53,678 nt of DNA, taken from Anaerolineae bacterium (GTDB lineage Bacteria > Chloroflexota > Anaerolineae > B4-G1 > SLSP01). Shown here in pieces: positions 18,070 to 29,546 of the stretch. The DNA lies in contig DAOTZR010000057.1 in NCBI GenBank assembly GCA_034434315.1, forward strand, positions 1 to 53,678, given 5' to 3'. Position 1 is the first letter of the stretch, and the number at the start of each line of letters is the position of its first letter. The position numbers were made by a program, and so were the translations under genes. The notes beneath the pieces were generated by a model. It was not told the DNA's origin and made no database searches. It worked only from the letters and a program-made list of their open reading frames with translations.

Positions 18070-18627
18070 ATGTTAGACGCAACTGACCTGCGCAAGGGCA
18101 CAACCTTTATTTTGGACGGGGAAATTTACCAGGTTCTGGAATACCAGCACTACAAACCTGGGCGTGGTAACGCTATCATTCGCACGAAAATTCGCAACCT
18201 GCGCACCGGCGCGATTGTCCCGCGCAACTTCCTTTCCGGGGAACGCTTCGAGGAAGCCCCGGTTGAGCGCCGGCAGGTTCAGTTCCTCTATTCGGATGAC
18301 GAAGCCTACTACTTCATGGATACCGAGACCTACGATCAGATTCGTGTGGGCGCGGATCTGATTGGCGATCGCGGTGGCTACCTGAAGGAAGGCCTGGAAG
18401 TTTACGTCATTCGTCTGGACAATGAGCCGCTCGATGTTGAGTTGCCCGCCGCGGTTGAACTGAAAGTCGTCGAATCCGAAGTTGCCGTTGCCGGTGATAC
18501 GGCTACGGGCGCCAACAAATGGGTCACCTGCGAAACGGGGCTGCGCGTCCAGGTTCCGCTCTTCGTGAACGTAGGGGACGTAATCCGCGTGGACACGCGG
18601 TCGGGTGAATACAGCACCCGCGTTTAG
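18070..18627 (+). CDS. efp: Elongation factor P
   Basis: KGTTFILDGEIYQVLEYQHYKPGRGNAIIRTKIRNLRTG and a length of 185 aa. Confidence 0.95.
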   Translation: MLDATDLRKGTTFILDGEIYQVLEYQHYKPGRGNAIIRTKIRNLRTGAIVPRNFLSGERFEEAPVERRQVQFLYSDDEAYYFMDTETYDQIRVGADLIGDRGGYLKEGLEVYVIRLDNEPLDVELPAAVELKVVESEVAVAGDTATGANKWVTCETGLRVQVPLFVNVGDVIRVDTRSGEYSTRV

Positions 18628-18647
18628 CCTGAATCCTGGGCTACTTC

Positions 18648-18683
18648 CTGTGCGGCGCGGGGCACGCGCCGCACAGTTGTTAT
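18648..18683 (+). terminator. Intrinsic terminator after efp
   Basis: Perfect 12-bp stem CTGTGCGGCGCG-gggca-CGCGCCGCACAG followed by TTGTTAT. Confidence 0.75.
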
Positions 18684-18726
18684 ATCGGCCTGACCGATCG
18701 ATCGGCTAACCCATCAAGGAAAGACC

Positions 18727-20355
18727 ATGACTCTGGCACCCTATGCAGGACGTTGGATTGCCCGCAATCAGCGCAATGACATCGTAGGCGTAGGGGATAC
18801 CCCCCAGGCCGCTCTGGCGATGGCGCGCGCGGTACGCCCTAAGGAGCACTTCCGGGCTGAGTGGGTTACGCCTGGTAGCCCGCACGTGGCCTGGCCTGAG
18901 TGGCTGGTTCGCCGCGTCCTGCCGCATCTGCCTGCCGGGCGCATCTGGCTGGTGGGGGGCGTCGTGCGCGACCTCATCCTGGGGCGTCCGCACCACGATT
19001 GGGACTTCGTTATGGAAGGAGATGCGTCCTCTTTGGCGCGTCTCCTGGGCGAGCAAATCGGCGGAGCTTATGTGCCTCTGGACGAGGAACGCGGCATTGT
19101 GCGGTTGGTAGTGCCACATCTGGAGCCTGCACCCGTCACGTTCGATTTTGCGACCCTGCGCGGCGCTTCCCTGGTCGAGGACCTGAACCTGCGCGACTTC
19201 ACCATCAACGCCATGGCGATGGACTTAACCGGCGCGCTGATAGACCCGCTGGGAGGTATGGCCGATTTACAGGCGGGCTGCGTGCGCCGGGTCAGCCCCC
19301 GCAGCTTTGAGGACGATCCCCTGCGCATGTTGCGCGCCGTGCGGGTCGCCGCCGAACTCAATTTCAGGCTTGATGACGCAACCGTCGCGCAGATTCGCTC
19401 CATGGTGGAACAGATCCGCCGTCCGGCGGTTGAGCGCGTGACCGAGGAGCTCCTCCGCATCCTGCGCGCCCGCCCTCTCATCCGCGGACTGGATCAGTTG
19501 CACGACTTGAGGCTTCTGGAACCCCTGTTGCCCGAAATCGCGGCTCTGGCCTCTGTCACCCAGAGCGCCCCGCACTATCAACCCACGGTTTGGGGTCACG
19601 TCCGGGTTGTCCTGCAGGTCTGGGAAGCTCTGCTGGCCCTGTTAGAAGGCCGCTCCAACACGCCGCCAGCGGACGTGCCCGAAGCGGCCTGGACCATGCT
19701 TGAGCGCAGCCTGTCCCCGTACCAGCCGGCGCTCATCCCTTACCTGCGGGACCATCTGAGCCACGCCATCACCCGTGCTGATGCCATCACCTGGGCCGTT
19801 CTCTTCCACGATGCGGGCAAAACGCTGACCCGCAGTGTAGATGCAGCCGGGCGCGTCCATTTCTATGGCCATGCCGAACAGGGGGCGAAGCTGGCTCGTT
19901 TACGCCTGGAGCATTTGCGCTTTCCTCTGGATGCCCAGACCTTCATCGCCACGCTGGTAGCTCATCACATGGACCTGATAGGCTTTGGCCGCAGGACGCC
20001 CCTGACCCGGAGGGCCATCTATCGCTTTTTCCGGCATACCGGCGAGGCGGGGGTAGGCGTGGCGTTGCTTTCCCTGGTGGATGTCCTGGGCGTGATGGGG
20101 CCGAACCTGGACAAGGCTTACTGGCAGGAACGCCTGGAGCTGGCCCAGGCTGTGTTGACGGCGTATTTTGAACGTGATCAAGAGCTGGTTAATCCGGTTC
20201 CCTTACTCAACGGCCATGACCTCCAGGCGCTGGGGGTCCCCGCCGGGCCGCGTCTGGGGGCGCTCCTGGCGGCCCTGCGCGAGGCTCAGGCCGCGGGAGA
20301 CATCACTACGCGGGATGAGGCTGAAGCTTATGTCCGTGCCCATTTGGCTACGTAG
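18727..20355 (+). CDS. cca: CCA-adding tRNA nucleotidyltransferase (PolyA_pol head + HD domain) with ~60-aa N-terminal extension
   Basis: GGVVRDLILGRPHHDWDF, RDFTINAMA, DPLRMLRAVR and HD motif LFHDAGK. Confidence 0.85.
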   Translation: MTLAPYAGRWIARNQRNDIVGVGDTPQAALAMARAVRPKEHFRAEWVTPGSPHVAWPEWLVRRVLPHLPAGRIWLVGGVVRDLILGRPHHDWDFVMEGDASSLARLLGEQIGGAYVPLDEERGIVRLVVPHLEPAPVTFDFATLRGASLVEDLNLRDFTINAMAMDLTGALIDPLGGMADLQAGCVRRVSPRSFEDDPLRMLRAVRVAAELNFRLDDATVAQIRSMVEQIRRPAVERVTEELLRILRARPLIRGLDQLHDLRLLEPLLPEIAALASVTQSAPHYQPTVWGHVRVVLQVWEALLALLEGRSNTPPADVPEAAWTMLERSLSPYQPALIPYLRDHLSHAITRADAITWAVLFHDAGKTLTRSVDAAGRVHFYGHAEQGAKLARLRLEHLRFPLDAQTFIATLVAHHMDLIGFGRRTPLTRRAIYRFFRHTGEAGVGVALLSLVDVLGVMGPNLDKAYWQERLELAQAVLTAYFERDQELVNPVPLLNGHDLQALGVPAGPRLGALLAALREAQAAGDITTRDEAEAYVRAHLAT

Positions 20356-21874
20356 CAGCTTGTTGATTGTCCTGGCCCTGGGATTGGCCGCCTGTGTCAC
20401 GCCGGCGACGCCGACCCTGGTCACCATCACTTTGCAGGCTGATGGTGCTACACGTGCCATCACCACCCAGGCCCTGACCGTGCAGGACTTGTTGCGCGAA
20501 CAGGCCCTGACCCTGGGCGAACTGGATGTGGTGCGCCCTCCGGAAACCACCCGTTTGCAGGATGGCATGAACGTGACCATCACCCGCATTGTGCAGCAGA
20601 CGGAAGTCATCACCGAAACCATCCCCTTTGAGCGGCGCACTCTGCGTGATGCGAACCTGCCCGAAGGGGACACCCGGCTTCTGCAGGTGGGGCAGGAAGG
20701 CGTGCGCGAGCGCGTCTATCGCCTGACCTTCACCGATGGGGCGTTGAGCGAGCGTGTTTTGCTGCGCGAAACGGTCATCACCAAACCGGTGGATGAGATT
20801 CAGGTCGTAGGCAGCCGCGCTAAAGTGAGCAGTGTGACGATTACCGGGACCCTGGCTTTTGTATCCCGCCAGGAGGCCTGGGTGATGCGCGGTAGCAATA
20901 ATGATCGAAGGCGGATCACCGCCCTGGGTGATGTGGATGGACGGGTCTTTCGCCTGTCGCCGGATGGTCGGCGCTTACTGTTCACGCGCGCCGTGCTCGA
21001 CCAGGAGCAAAAGATGAATGAGCTATGGCTGGTGGATACGACGCGCGTGGACGCCACGCCCATCCCCCTGAACATTGCCAACGTCTTGTGGGCCGATTGG
21101 GATGCCACGGGCCAACGCATTGCCTGGACCACTGCCGAAGTTGTCGAAGCGGCACCTGGCTGGCGCGGGCAAAACGACCTGTGGATTGGGGAAATCAGCA
21201 CGCAGGGGACGCTGCGCGCTTCACGCCGTCTGTACAAGCCCGAAGCCGGCGGGGGATGGGGCTGGTGGGGGACGCGCTATCTCTGGTCGCCGACAGGGGA
21301 CCGGCTGGCCTACTCCCGTCCTGATGAGATCGGCTATGTCACGGTGAGTAATGGGCAACGGGTCGCCCTGATGCGTTTTGCTCCCTATCGCACTTACAGT
21401 TCCTGGGCCTGGAACCCGGGCCTGGACTGGGCCGCCGGGGGCAAGCTGCTGCTCACCGTCTATCACAACCCGGCGGCTGGCGGCGACCCGGAAGAAAGCC
21501 CCTGGTTCGATGTGATGGCCCTTGATGCGACGGGGGCTTACAGCGCCACCCTGGTTCAGAACAGCGGTATGTGGGCGGTGCCCCAGGTCGCACCGGATGG
21601 GACGCGTCTGGCCTTCGGGCAGGCCCGCTTCCCGCAACAGAGCCACCTCAGTGCCTACAGCCTGTGCCTGGCCGATCTGGATGGCTCCGAAGTCACCTGC
21701 CCTTTTCCCCCGGAGGATGAAGTCGGCCTGGAACGTCCTCTGTGGCGTTGGAGTCCGGATAGCCAGAGCATTCTGGTCATTCACCAGGGCCGCCTGGTCC
21801 TGTGGGATACCGTTCAGCAGCTTGCCGTGCCCCTCGCCGAAGATCCTGACGTCACAACTTTTGACTGGCGTTAG
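20330..21874 (+). CDS. Lipoprotein with DUF348-like and G5 domains and a TolB-like beta-propeller
   Basis: Start at ATG 20330 with a lipobox (LALGLAAC). The G5-like block is IVQQTEVITETIPFERRTLRDANLPEGDTRLLQVGQEGVRERVY...VDEIQVVGSR. The C-terminal half has repeated SPDG/W-rich PD40-like blades (RLSPDGRRLLF, WSPTGDRLAY, VAPDGTRLAF, WSPDSQSILV). Confidence 0.7.
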   Translation: MSVPIWLRSSLLIVLALGLAACVTPATPTLVTITLQADGATRAITTQALTVQDLLREQALTLGELDVVRPPETTRLQDGMNVTITRIVQQTEVITETIPFERRTLRDANLPEGDTRLLQVGQEGVRERVYRLTFTDGALSERVLLRETVITKPVDEIQVVGSRAKVSSVTITGTLAFVSRQEAWVMRGSNNDRRRITALGDVDGRVFRLSPDGRRLLFTRAVLDQEQKMNELWLVDTTRVDATPIPLNIANVLWADWDATGQRIAWTTAEVVEAAPGWRGQNDLWIGEISTQGTLRASRRLYKPEAGGGWGWWGTRYLWSPTGDRLAYSRPDEIGYVTVSNGQRVALMRFAPYRTYSSWAWNPGLDWAAGGKLLLTVYHNPAAGGDPEESPWFDVMALDATGAYSATLVQNSGMWAVPQVAPDGTRLAFGQARFPQQSHLSAYSLCLADLDGSEVTCPFPPEDEVGLERPLWRWSPDSQSILVIHQGRLVLWDTVQQLAVPLAEDPDVTTFDWR

Positions 21875-22025
21875 GGCTTCACCCTGGAGAGAATCAGACC
21901 AACACGATAGCATCTGCCGATGTGGTGCAGGATTTATCCTGCGACGTTGGGTTTCTCACTCGGTGTAGGTCGACCGTTGGCCGCAGGCCCATCACCGAAA
22001 GCGCTTCCGACTGGCCCAACCTGCT

Positions 22026-22053
22026 TTGCACCTTTACCACAATCCCGTATAAT
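22026..22053 (+). promoter_or_regulatory. Putative sigma70 promoter: TTGCAC-N16-TATAAT
   Basis: TTGCAC at 22026..22031 and TATAAT at 22048..22053, 25 nt upstream of the rmd-like ATG at 22078. Confidence 0.55.
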
Positions 22054-22077
22054 ACCTCTGAAGCAAAGGGGGTGGAC

Positions 22078-23052
22078 ATGAAGGTTCTCATCACAGGCGC
22101 AGCGGGGTTTGTGGGACAGCATTTGCGGCGGCATCTCCTGGCCAATACCGATTGGGCCTTGTGCCATTTCTCCTACCCTACGTTGATGGGTGGCCTTCTG
22201 CCAGACCGTGAAGAGGAGCACATTGTAGACCTGCGTGATCCCCGTCGGGTCCAGGACAAGCTACGCAGTTTCGCGCCCGATGCCATCATCCATCTGGCCG
22301 GACAATCCCATGTCCCCACGTCGTTTGCGGACCCGTGGGATACGTTGGAGACCAATATTCGCGGCCAGCTCAACGTGTTGGAAGGCTGCGTGCGCCTGGG
22401 CCTTCGTCCACGCATCATTATCGTCAGTTCCGGAGAAGTGTATGGACGCTTGCAGGCCGATCAGGGACCTTTGGATGAAACCCTTCCCTTATTGCCGGAA
22501 AACCCCTACAGCGTAAGCAAGGCGACCCAGGACCTGATGGGCTATCAGTACTTCATCAGTCACAAGCTGCCGGTTATTCGCATTCGGCCTTTCAACCATG
22601 TTGGACCGGGACAATCGGAGCGCTTTGTCCTGCCGGCTTTTGCCGCGCAGATCGCCCGCATCGAAGCCGGGTTGCAGGAGCCGGTGTTACGTGTGGGCAA
22701 TCTGGAGACGGCGCGCGACTTCACCGATGTGCGCGACGTGGCCCGCGCCTACGAGCTGGCCGTGCGTTACGCCCATCCCGGCGAGGCTTACAATCTGGCT
22801 TCCGGCGCTCCGCGCACCATCCGCAGCCTGCTGGAGACCCTCATCGCCATGGCCACGGTGCCGATTCGGGTGGAGGTTGATCCAGAACGTTTTCGCCCTT
22901 CGGATACCCCTGTGCTCTACGGCAATGCCATGAAATTCCGCGGGGTTACGGGATGGCAGCCGCAAATTCCCTTCGAACAAACCATCGCTGACGTGTTGAA
23001 CGAATGGCGCAGGAAAATTGCCTTGTTGCGCAAATCACAAGGTGGGATTTAG
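22078..23052 (+). CDS. NAD-dependent sugar-nucleotide 4-reductase/epimerase (GDP-4-dehydro-6-deoxy-D-mannose reductase-like)
   Basis: Rossmann ITGAAGFVGQHL and SDR catalytic YSVSKATQD (YxxxK). It lies directly upstream of gmd. The start at ATG 22078 is preceded by GGGGGTGG. Confidence 0.7.
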   Translation: MKVLITGAAGFVGQHLRRHLLANTDWALCHFSYPTLMGGLLPDREEEHIVDLRDPRRVQDKLRSFAPDAIIHLAGQSHVPTSFADPWDTLETNIRGQLNVLEGCVRLGLRPRIIIVSSGEVYGRLQADQGPLDETLPLLPENPYSVSKATQDLMGYQYFISHKLPVIRIRPFNHVGPGQSERFVLPAFAAQIARIEAGLQEPVLRVGNLETARDFTDVRDVARAYELAVRYAHPGEAYNLASGAPRTIRSLLETLIAMATVPIRVEVDPERFRPSDTPVLYGNAMKFRGVTGWQPQIPFEQTIADVLNEWRRKIALLRKSQGGI

Positions 23053-23072
23053 AGACCGAAAGGAGACCATAA

Positions 23073-24047
<975 letters not shown>

Positions 24048-24065
24048 TCACAGGAAGGAGTTGTC

Positions 24066-25244
24066 ATGGATATTGAGCGCGTTATTTTGATCGTGTTGGA
24101 TGGGGTGGGGGTAGGAGAACTCCCCGATGCCGCGGACTACGGTGACGTGGGCAGCAATTCGGTGGGCAATACGGCACGCGTCCTGGGCGGTCTGGATTTG
24201 CCTCACTTACAGCGCCTGGGCCTGGGCAACATCATTGATATTCTGGGTGTGCCACCGGCGCATCCGGCAGAGGGGGCCTATGGCAAGATGGCCGAAATCT
24301 CCGCTGGCAAGGATTCCGTCACTGGCCATTGGGAACTGATGGGCATCTGGTCGCGGCGGCCCATGCCGACCTATCCGCATGGCTTTCCAGAGGATGTGCT
24401 GGCCGAATTTACCCGGCGAACCGGCTACGAAGTCATTGGCAACAAGCCCGCTTCAGGGACGGAGATCATCAAAGAACTGGGGGCAGAGCACCTGGCGACC
24501 GGCAAGCTGATTGTGTACACTTCCGCCGATAGCGTGTTCCAGATTGCCGCGCATGAGGACCTTGTTCCGCTAGAGGAACTGTATCGCGTATGTCGTATCG
24601 CGCGCGAGATGCTCACCGGCGAGCACGCTGTTGGGCGCGTCATCGCGCGTCCCTTTCGCGGCGAGCCGGGGAACTTCTGGCGCACCGAACATCGGCATGA
24701 CTTCCCCCTGCTTCCGCCCCGCCCTACGGTGATGATGCGCCTGGTCGAGGCCGGGTACGATGTGGCGGCTGTGGGCAAAATTGACGATCTGTTTGGCAAT
24801 ACCGGCATCACCCTCAACAAACACACGACCAACAATCACGACAGTATCGAAGCCTTGCTGGAATTCCTGCCGGAACGTTTCAAGGGGATGATTTTTGCCA
24901 ATCTGATTGAATACGACATGATTTACGGCCACCGCAACGACCCCCAGGGGTACGCGAACGCCCTGCGCGCCTTCGATGACCGCATCCCGGACATCCGCGC
25001 GGGCATGCGCCCGACCGACATCGCTATCATCGCTGCCGATCATGGCGTGGATCCGACCACACCGAGCACCGATCATTCACGGGAATACATCCCCCTGCTG
25101 GTCTTCGGCGATCCGGTTCGCCCTGGCGTGAACCTGGGCATCCGGAGCACCTACGCTGATGTGGGGGCGACCATCAGCGCTATTTTCGGCCTGCCCGCGC
25201 CGGAAATTGGCACCAGTTTCCTGGAAGATATTCACCGCAGCTAA
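24066..25244 (+). CDS. deoB: Phosphopentomutase
   Basis: [26 protein letters not shown] and ADHGVDPT metal-binding motifs. 392 aa. Confidence 0.92.
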   Translation: MDIERVILIVLDGVGVGELPDAADYGDVGSNSVGNTARVLGGLDLPHLQRLGLGNIIDILGVPPAHPAEGAYGKMAEISAGKDSVTGHWELMGIWSRRPMPTYPHGFPEDVLAEFTRRTGYEVIGNKPASGTEIIKELGAEHLATGKLIVYTSADSVFQIAAHEDLVPLEELYRVCRIAREMLTGEHAVGRVIARPFRGEPGNFWRTEHRHDFPLLPPRPTVMMRLVEAGYDVAAVGKIDDLFGNTGITLNKHTTNNHDSIEALLEFLPERFKGMIFANLIEYDMIYGHRNDPQGYANALRAFDDRIPDIRAGMRPTDIAIIAADHGVDPTTPSTDHSREYIPLLVFGDPVRPGVNLGIRSTYADVGATISAIFGLPAPEIGTSFLEDIHRS

Positions 25245-25257
25245 GCCGGGGGGTGAG

Positions 25258-26688
25258 ATGAGCGATATCCGATTTGGCACGGATGGCTGGCGGGCGCGCA
25301 TCGCCGAAACCTACACCTTTGCCAATGTACGCCGGGCAGCCCAGGCTTTTGCGCTCTACCTGCACCAACAAGGCCTGGCCGGGCGCGGCTGTGTCATCGG
25401 CTACGACCAGCGCTTTCAATCCGAGTATTTTGCGGCAGCGGCGGCAGAAGTTCTGGCTGGACATGGGATTCACGTCTGGCTGACGGATCGTGCTACCCCA
25501 ACGCCCGTCATCAGCTACGCTGTAGTGGAACGTGGCGCCGGCGGAGCGATTAACATTACCGCCAGCCACAATCCACCTACCGATAACGGCTTCAAGGTGC
25601 GCGATGAGCACGGCGGAGCTATCCCCCCCACCGGACTGAAAGCCATCGAAGCCCTGATTTCGGCGACGGACGCCGAGGTGCGCCGCATGGCGCTGGACCA
25701 GGCGGAAGCCGCCGGGCTGGTGACGCGCTGGGATCCCGCGCCGGCCTACATTGAACATCTACGCTCGCTGGTAGACCTGGAACGCTTGCAGCAGGCCGGG
25801 CTGACCATCCTGGTGGAGCCGATGTGGGGCAACGCTTCGGGCTGGTATCCCCGCCTGTTGGGGGGCGGATCCAACCGTATTGTTGAAGTCCATGCCGGAC
25901 GCAACCCCATCTTCCCGGAAATGAAGCGTCCTGAGCCGATTCGCCCCAACATTGACGTGGCGCTGCAGCACACCGTGGCTATAGGGGCGGATGTGCTGCT
26001 CATCAACGATGGCGATGCGGATCGCATGGGCATCGGCGATGAGCACGGCGTGTTTCTCGATCAGCTTCGCGTTTTTTCGCTGCTTACCTACTACCTGCTG
26101 GAATACCGCGGCGAACGGGGACCCATCGTCAAAACGCTTTCGTCGAGCTGTATGCTCAACCGCCTGGCCGAGCGCTATGGCGTTCCGGTGCACGAAACCG
26201 GCGTAGGATTTAAGTACATTGCCCCCAAATTCCTGGAGACCAACGCCATGATCGGCGGGGAAGAAAGCGGCGGGTACGCCTTCCGGGGCAATGTCCCTGA
26301 GCGGGATGGCATCCTGGGCAATCTGTATTTTGTGGATTTTATGCTGCGAGCGGGCAAATCCCCCTCGGCTTTGATGCAAGAACTGTTTGAGGTGCTGGGC
26401 CAAACCTACCACTACGACCGCATTGACCGGCATTTCCCCGCGGATCTGCGCCCGCAGATTGTGGAACGGCTGAACACCCGGCGTCCGGAGCGCATCGCCG
26501 ACCTTCCGGTGCGTGAGGTGGTGACCCTGGACGGCTACAAATACGACCTGGGACCTTACGGCTGGCTGTTGATTCGCTTTTCGGGCACGGAGCCGCTGCT
26601 GCGTGTCTACTGCGAGGTCACCGCTGCGGAGCTGGTGACACCGGTTTTACAGGCCGGTCTGGCGCTGGCAGGGCTGGAGCCGGCCTGA
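25258..26688 (+). CDS. Alpha-D-phosphohexomutase (phosphoglucomutase/phosphomannomutase family)
   Basis: FGTDGWRA, active-site Ser loop [13 protein letters not shown], metal loop NDGDADR, and GEESGG. The start at ATG 25258 is preceded by GGGGGGTGAG. Confidence 0.9.
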   Translation: MSDIRFGTDGWRARIAETYTFANVRRAAQAFALYLHQQGLAGRGCVIGYDQRFQSEYFAAAAAEVLAGHGIHVWLTDRATPTPVISYAVVERGAGGAINITASHNPPTDNGFKVRDEHGGAIPPTGLKAIEALISATDAEVRRMALDQAEAAGLVTRWDPAPAYIEHLRSLVDLERLQQAGLTILVEPMWGNASGWYPRLLGGGSNRIVEVHAGRNPIFPEMKRPEPIRPNIDVALQHTVAIGADVLLINDGDADRMGIGDEHGVFLDQLRVFSLLTYYLLEYRGERGPIVKTLSSSCMLNRLAERYGVPVHETGVGFKYIAPKFLETNAMIGGEESGGYAFRGNVPERDGILGNLYFVDFMLRAGKSPSALMQELFEVLGQTYHYDRIDRHFPADLRPQIVERLNTRRPERIADLPVREVVTLDGYKYDLGPYGWLLIRFSGTEPLLRVYCEVTAAELVTPVLQAGLALAGLEPA

Positions 26689-26700
26689 ACGCGCTCGATG

Positions 26701-28440
26701 CTACAGGCCTTGCAGGAAGTCGCTGCCGTCGCTTTGAGGCAGGGTAAAGAAAAACGTACTGCCTTGCCCGACCTGGCTGTGAAAGCCAATCTGCCCGCCG
26801 TGAATTTCGACCAGGCGTTTGGCGATCGCCAGCCCCAATCCGCTGCCCGGTATGGCCTGGACGCGCGGATCCTGGGAGCGGAAGAAGGGGGTGAAAAGTC
26901 GTTTCTGATCCTCCGGGGAGATACCGTAGCCGCTGTCTTCGATCGTGCATTGCACCATCAACGGCGTGCCGGGCAGGGTGGTAACCTGCAAATGAACGTA
27001 CCCCTGATCGGGCGTGTAGGCGATGGCGTTATGAATGAGCTGCTTGAAAATCAGACTGAGCGCATCCGAATCGGCCAGAACGGCTGGCAGGCCGTCGGGC
27101 AGCTCCAGGTCCAGGTGAATCTGTTTTTGCTGCATATCCGTCCGGCAGGTTTCCAGGGCTGTTTCCAGAGGGGGACGCAACTTGATAGGCAACAAAGCCA
27201 GGGGAAAACATCCCTGTTCCAGCAAGGCAAACGCGCGTTGATTGTCCCAAATTCGGCGCAACAGGAAAGGGGCACGCGGATCACCGGCCTCCAGGGCCTG
27301 CAAAGCGGGTTCATAACCCTGGAGCAGGTGCTCAATTAAAGCCCATTGTCGTTGTTGGGCCTGGCGCAGGTCATCGTACATTCGAGCGCTTTCCAGATAG
27401 TGGGCTATGAGCCCGGCGACAAGCCGGGCGATGGCCCATTGTCCTTCGCTGAACCCCCCTCCGCCAGCCTGAAGCACCAGCACCCCGATGGGACGATTCG
27501 TGTGTACCAGGGGCAACAGAACTTGCTGAGCTTCCAGCCTGGGGCGCTGGTGATGCAGGACCTGTTGCGCAGCCTCCAGACTGCATACGATACTACCCTG
27601 TTGGGACCGCCAGCGCAATCCACTGGCTTCAAGCAGACCCAGGGCGCCGCTGGCGGCGCCAACAGCGCGTATGGCCCAGCTTAAGCCCTGTTCCAGAATC
27701 CGCGTATAGTTGTGATCTTCTCCCAAAGCCTGTTGCATCTCCAGCAGGAAGTGGAGATCGCGGGTGCGAGCATTCAGCCTTTGTTGGAGAAGCTGATATT
27801 TTTCCGCATGGGTAAGGACCAGCGCCACCCAATCGGCGGCCATGGTCAAGGTCGGCAGATCCGCCTGGGAAAAAGCCGCCGGCTTGTGGTGTTCCAGATA
27901 AATCACGCCTAAGGGACGTCCCAGAGCGATGAGCGGAATGCATAAGACCGAATGCAGGCCTTGCCAGATCACGCTTTCGCGACCGGAAAAACGGGGATCG
28001 CTTTGCGCATCTACCGTGATGATGCTATGCGCCTGATGCAGAGCTTCCTGGACAATGCTCTGGCTAAAGCTAAGGCCTTTGCTTTTGGAACTAAGGGGCG
28101 CGGTATCATGGATAAGTCGGGGGTGGAGCGTACCGCTGTCATCCACCGTAATAGCTATGCCGCGCTCGGCCCCGGTCAACTGAACCATGGTTTTGAGGCT
28201 CTTATCCAGAATATGGTTCCAGTCCATATTGAGGCTGACGTCGCACGCCAATGCATAGAGGAGCTGGAACGCAGGTTCGGTGCGGCACATTTCTTCTGGC
28301 TTTGGGGATGGCGTAACTTGCTCCAGTCGGTCCAACGCCGCCAGCAGGACCGCACGATCCGCCCTTTGCTGGATAGCAGCGCGTAGAGCCTGTATCAGCT
28401 CGTCCCAGGACGGCGAGTCAGGAGCGGGAGGTGTTGGCAT
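26701..28440 (-). CDS. Cytoplasmic 2xGAF sensor kinase with atypical H-box
   Basis: Two GAF-like blocks (…CIPLIALGRPLGVIYLE…, …LPLVHTNRPIGVLVLQ…). The HATPase_c domain is clear (QLIHNAIAYTP, DSGYGI, GSGLGLAIAKRLV). The DHp region reads WALIEHLLQGYEPAL rather than SHELRTPL. Confidence 0.8.
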   Translation of the reverse strand: MPTPPAPDSPSWDELIQALRAAIQQRADRAVLLAALDRLEQVTPSPKPEEMCRTEPAFQLLYALACDVSLNMDWNHILDKSLKTMVQLTGAERGIAITVDDSGTLHPRLIHDTAPLSSKSKGLSFSQSIVQEALHQAHSIITVDAQSDPRFSGRESVIWQGLHSVLCIPLIALGRPLGVIYLEHHKPAAFSQADLPTLTMAADWVALVLTHAEKYQLLQQRLNARTRDLHFLLEMQQALGEDHNYTRILEQGLSWAIRAVGAASGALGLLEASGLRWRSQQGSIVCSLEAAQQVLHHQRPRLEAQQVLLPLVHTNRPIGVLVLQAGGGGFSEGQWAIARLVAGLIAHYLESARMYDDLRQAQQRQWALIEHLLQGYEPALQALEAGDPRAPFLLRRIWDNQRAFALLEQGCFPLALLPIKLRPPLETALETCRTDMQQKQIHLDLELPDGLPAVLADSDALSLIFKQLIHNAIAYTPDQGYVHLQVTTLPGTPLMVQCTIEDSGYGISPEDQKRLFTPFFRSQDPRVQAIPGSGLGLAIAKRLVEIHGGQIGFHSQVGQGSTFFFTLPQSDGSDFLQGL

Positions 28441-29323
28441 GGCTGGTTATTCCTTTCATGGATCCGGAAAATCCCACGCCCAACCAGTAGGCCAGATTTT
28501 CCCAGGGATGCCATGGGTGCAACAGGGTTTCCAGGGTGTCGGGGACAAGGTGATCGGTGTGCAATTTGCCAAAGACGCGGCGATAAGCCATGAGCGATTT
28601 CGGGACATGGTGATAATTCCCGGTTAAGAACATGATCAGATCCAGCGTGCTTTCCTCCAGGTCAGGCACATAATCCAGGATAGTGTTCAGGGTTGTTTCG
28701 GGCAAAGGGGATTGATTCTGACTTTCCAGGTCCGGTCCATGGCGTTGGAACAGCTCGGCAAGCTGGAGCAGATTGCGCGCCAGCTCTGGGCCGAACATGC
28801 CTTTGATAAGAAGCTGTTCCCATAAAAATTGTTCTGGCTGGGGGAAGGCATGGAGGGTGGGATTACGCGGCAGGGCATCGCCTATACGATCCACCAGCCA
28901 GGCCGTGCGATAATCATACCATCCAGGCGGGGACTGGGTGATGATGAAGGCTTTGACCAGGTCCTCGAACAGGGTAGTTCCGCGCAGAAAGCGCGGAGCA
29001 TCGCTAATCATGATTTCGGGCATGATACGACGTTGCAGACCAATAAAAGCGTTCAGGTCTTCACCCAAACGCAAGGCGCGCCACACTTTTCGACTCAGCT
29101 CCTCAACTTCCGCTCCGGTCAGGTGTTCATTAACGCTGAGGGCAACTTCCCGCGGCATTTGCTGGATGACCAGAGCTACCGTCGTACCCGTGCTTAATCT
29201 CTCAATCCGATGCAGGCGTTCGGCGTTTCCGGTTTTTTCAAAGGGACGCAACAAAAAAGGCCACGAGCGTTTAAGCATCTGGGCCAGGGAAAAATCATCT
29301 GGCGTCGTTAGAATCCATTGCAT
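28418..29323 (-). CDS. Hypothetical protein with weak, degenerate HhH-GPD (AlkA-like) resemblance
   Basis: The pattern LRLGEDLNAF...FLRGTTLFEDLVKAFIITQ...LHAFPQPEQF...ELARNLLQLAELF resembles the AlkA core. However, the hairpin GIG and the catalytic Asp positions read DLE and VPKS. The start is uncertain (ATG 29323 or TTG 29398). Its stop overlaps the start of the kinase gene by 23 nt. Confidence 0.35.
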   Translation of the reverse strand: MQWILTTPDDFSLAQMLKRSWPFLLRPFEKTGNAERLHRIERLSTGTTVALVIQQMPREVALSVNEHLTGAEVEELSRKVWRALRLGEDLNAFIGLQRRIMPEIMISDAPRFLRGTTLFEDLVKAFIITQSPPGWYDYRTAWLVDRIGDALPRNPTLHAFPQPEQFLWEQLLIKGMFGPELARNLLQLAELFQRHGPDLESQNQSPLPETTLNTILDYVPDLEESTLDLIMFLTGNYHHVPKSLMAYRRVFGKLHTDHLVPDTLETLLHPWHPWENLAYWLGVGFSGSMKGITSHANTSRS

Positions 29324-29428
29324 AGTGTCAACCCCATTGGTTGGATAACTACTGACTGAAGCATACCATAAGTGGAATGGCGATGGTGTTTCAGGCAAGT
29401 TACGATTGGGTTAAACCCTTGAAAATAC

Positions 29429-29456
29429 TTGACTACTCTTCAGAGCATGATAAAGT
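29429..29456 (+). promoter_or_regulatory. Putative sigma70 promoter of the signalling operon: TTGACT-N16-TAAAGT
   Basis: TTGACT at 29429..29434 and TAAAGT at 29451..29456, 91 nt upstream of the receiver gene. Confidence 0.5.
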
Positions 29457-29546
29457 TGCTTTGATGAAGCTGTGAAGCTGCCAGCATTGGTTCGGGCTTA
29501 AACGTAGCGGCCTGGATGCAGTATTTTTTATTCAGGAGGAACTGAG

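Noticed and set aside
25759-26433. 224-aa minus-strand ORF (also 25180..25758)
   Set aside because: It is antisense to the phosphohexomutase gene and is a shadow ORF.
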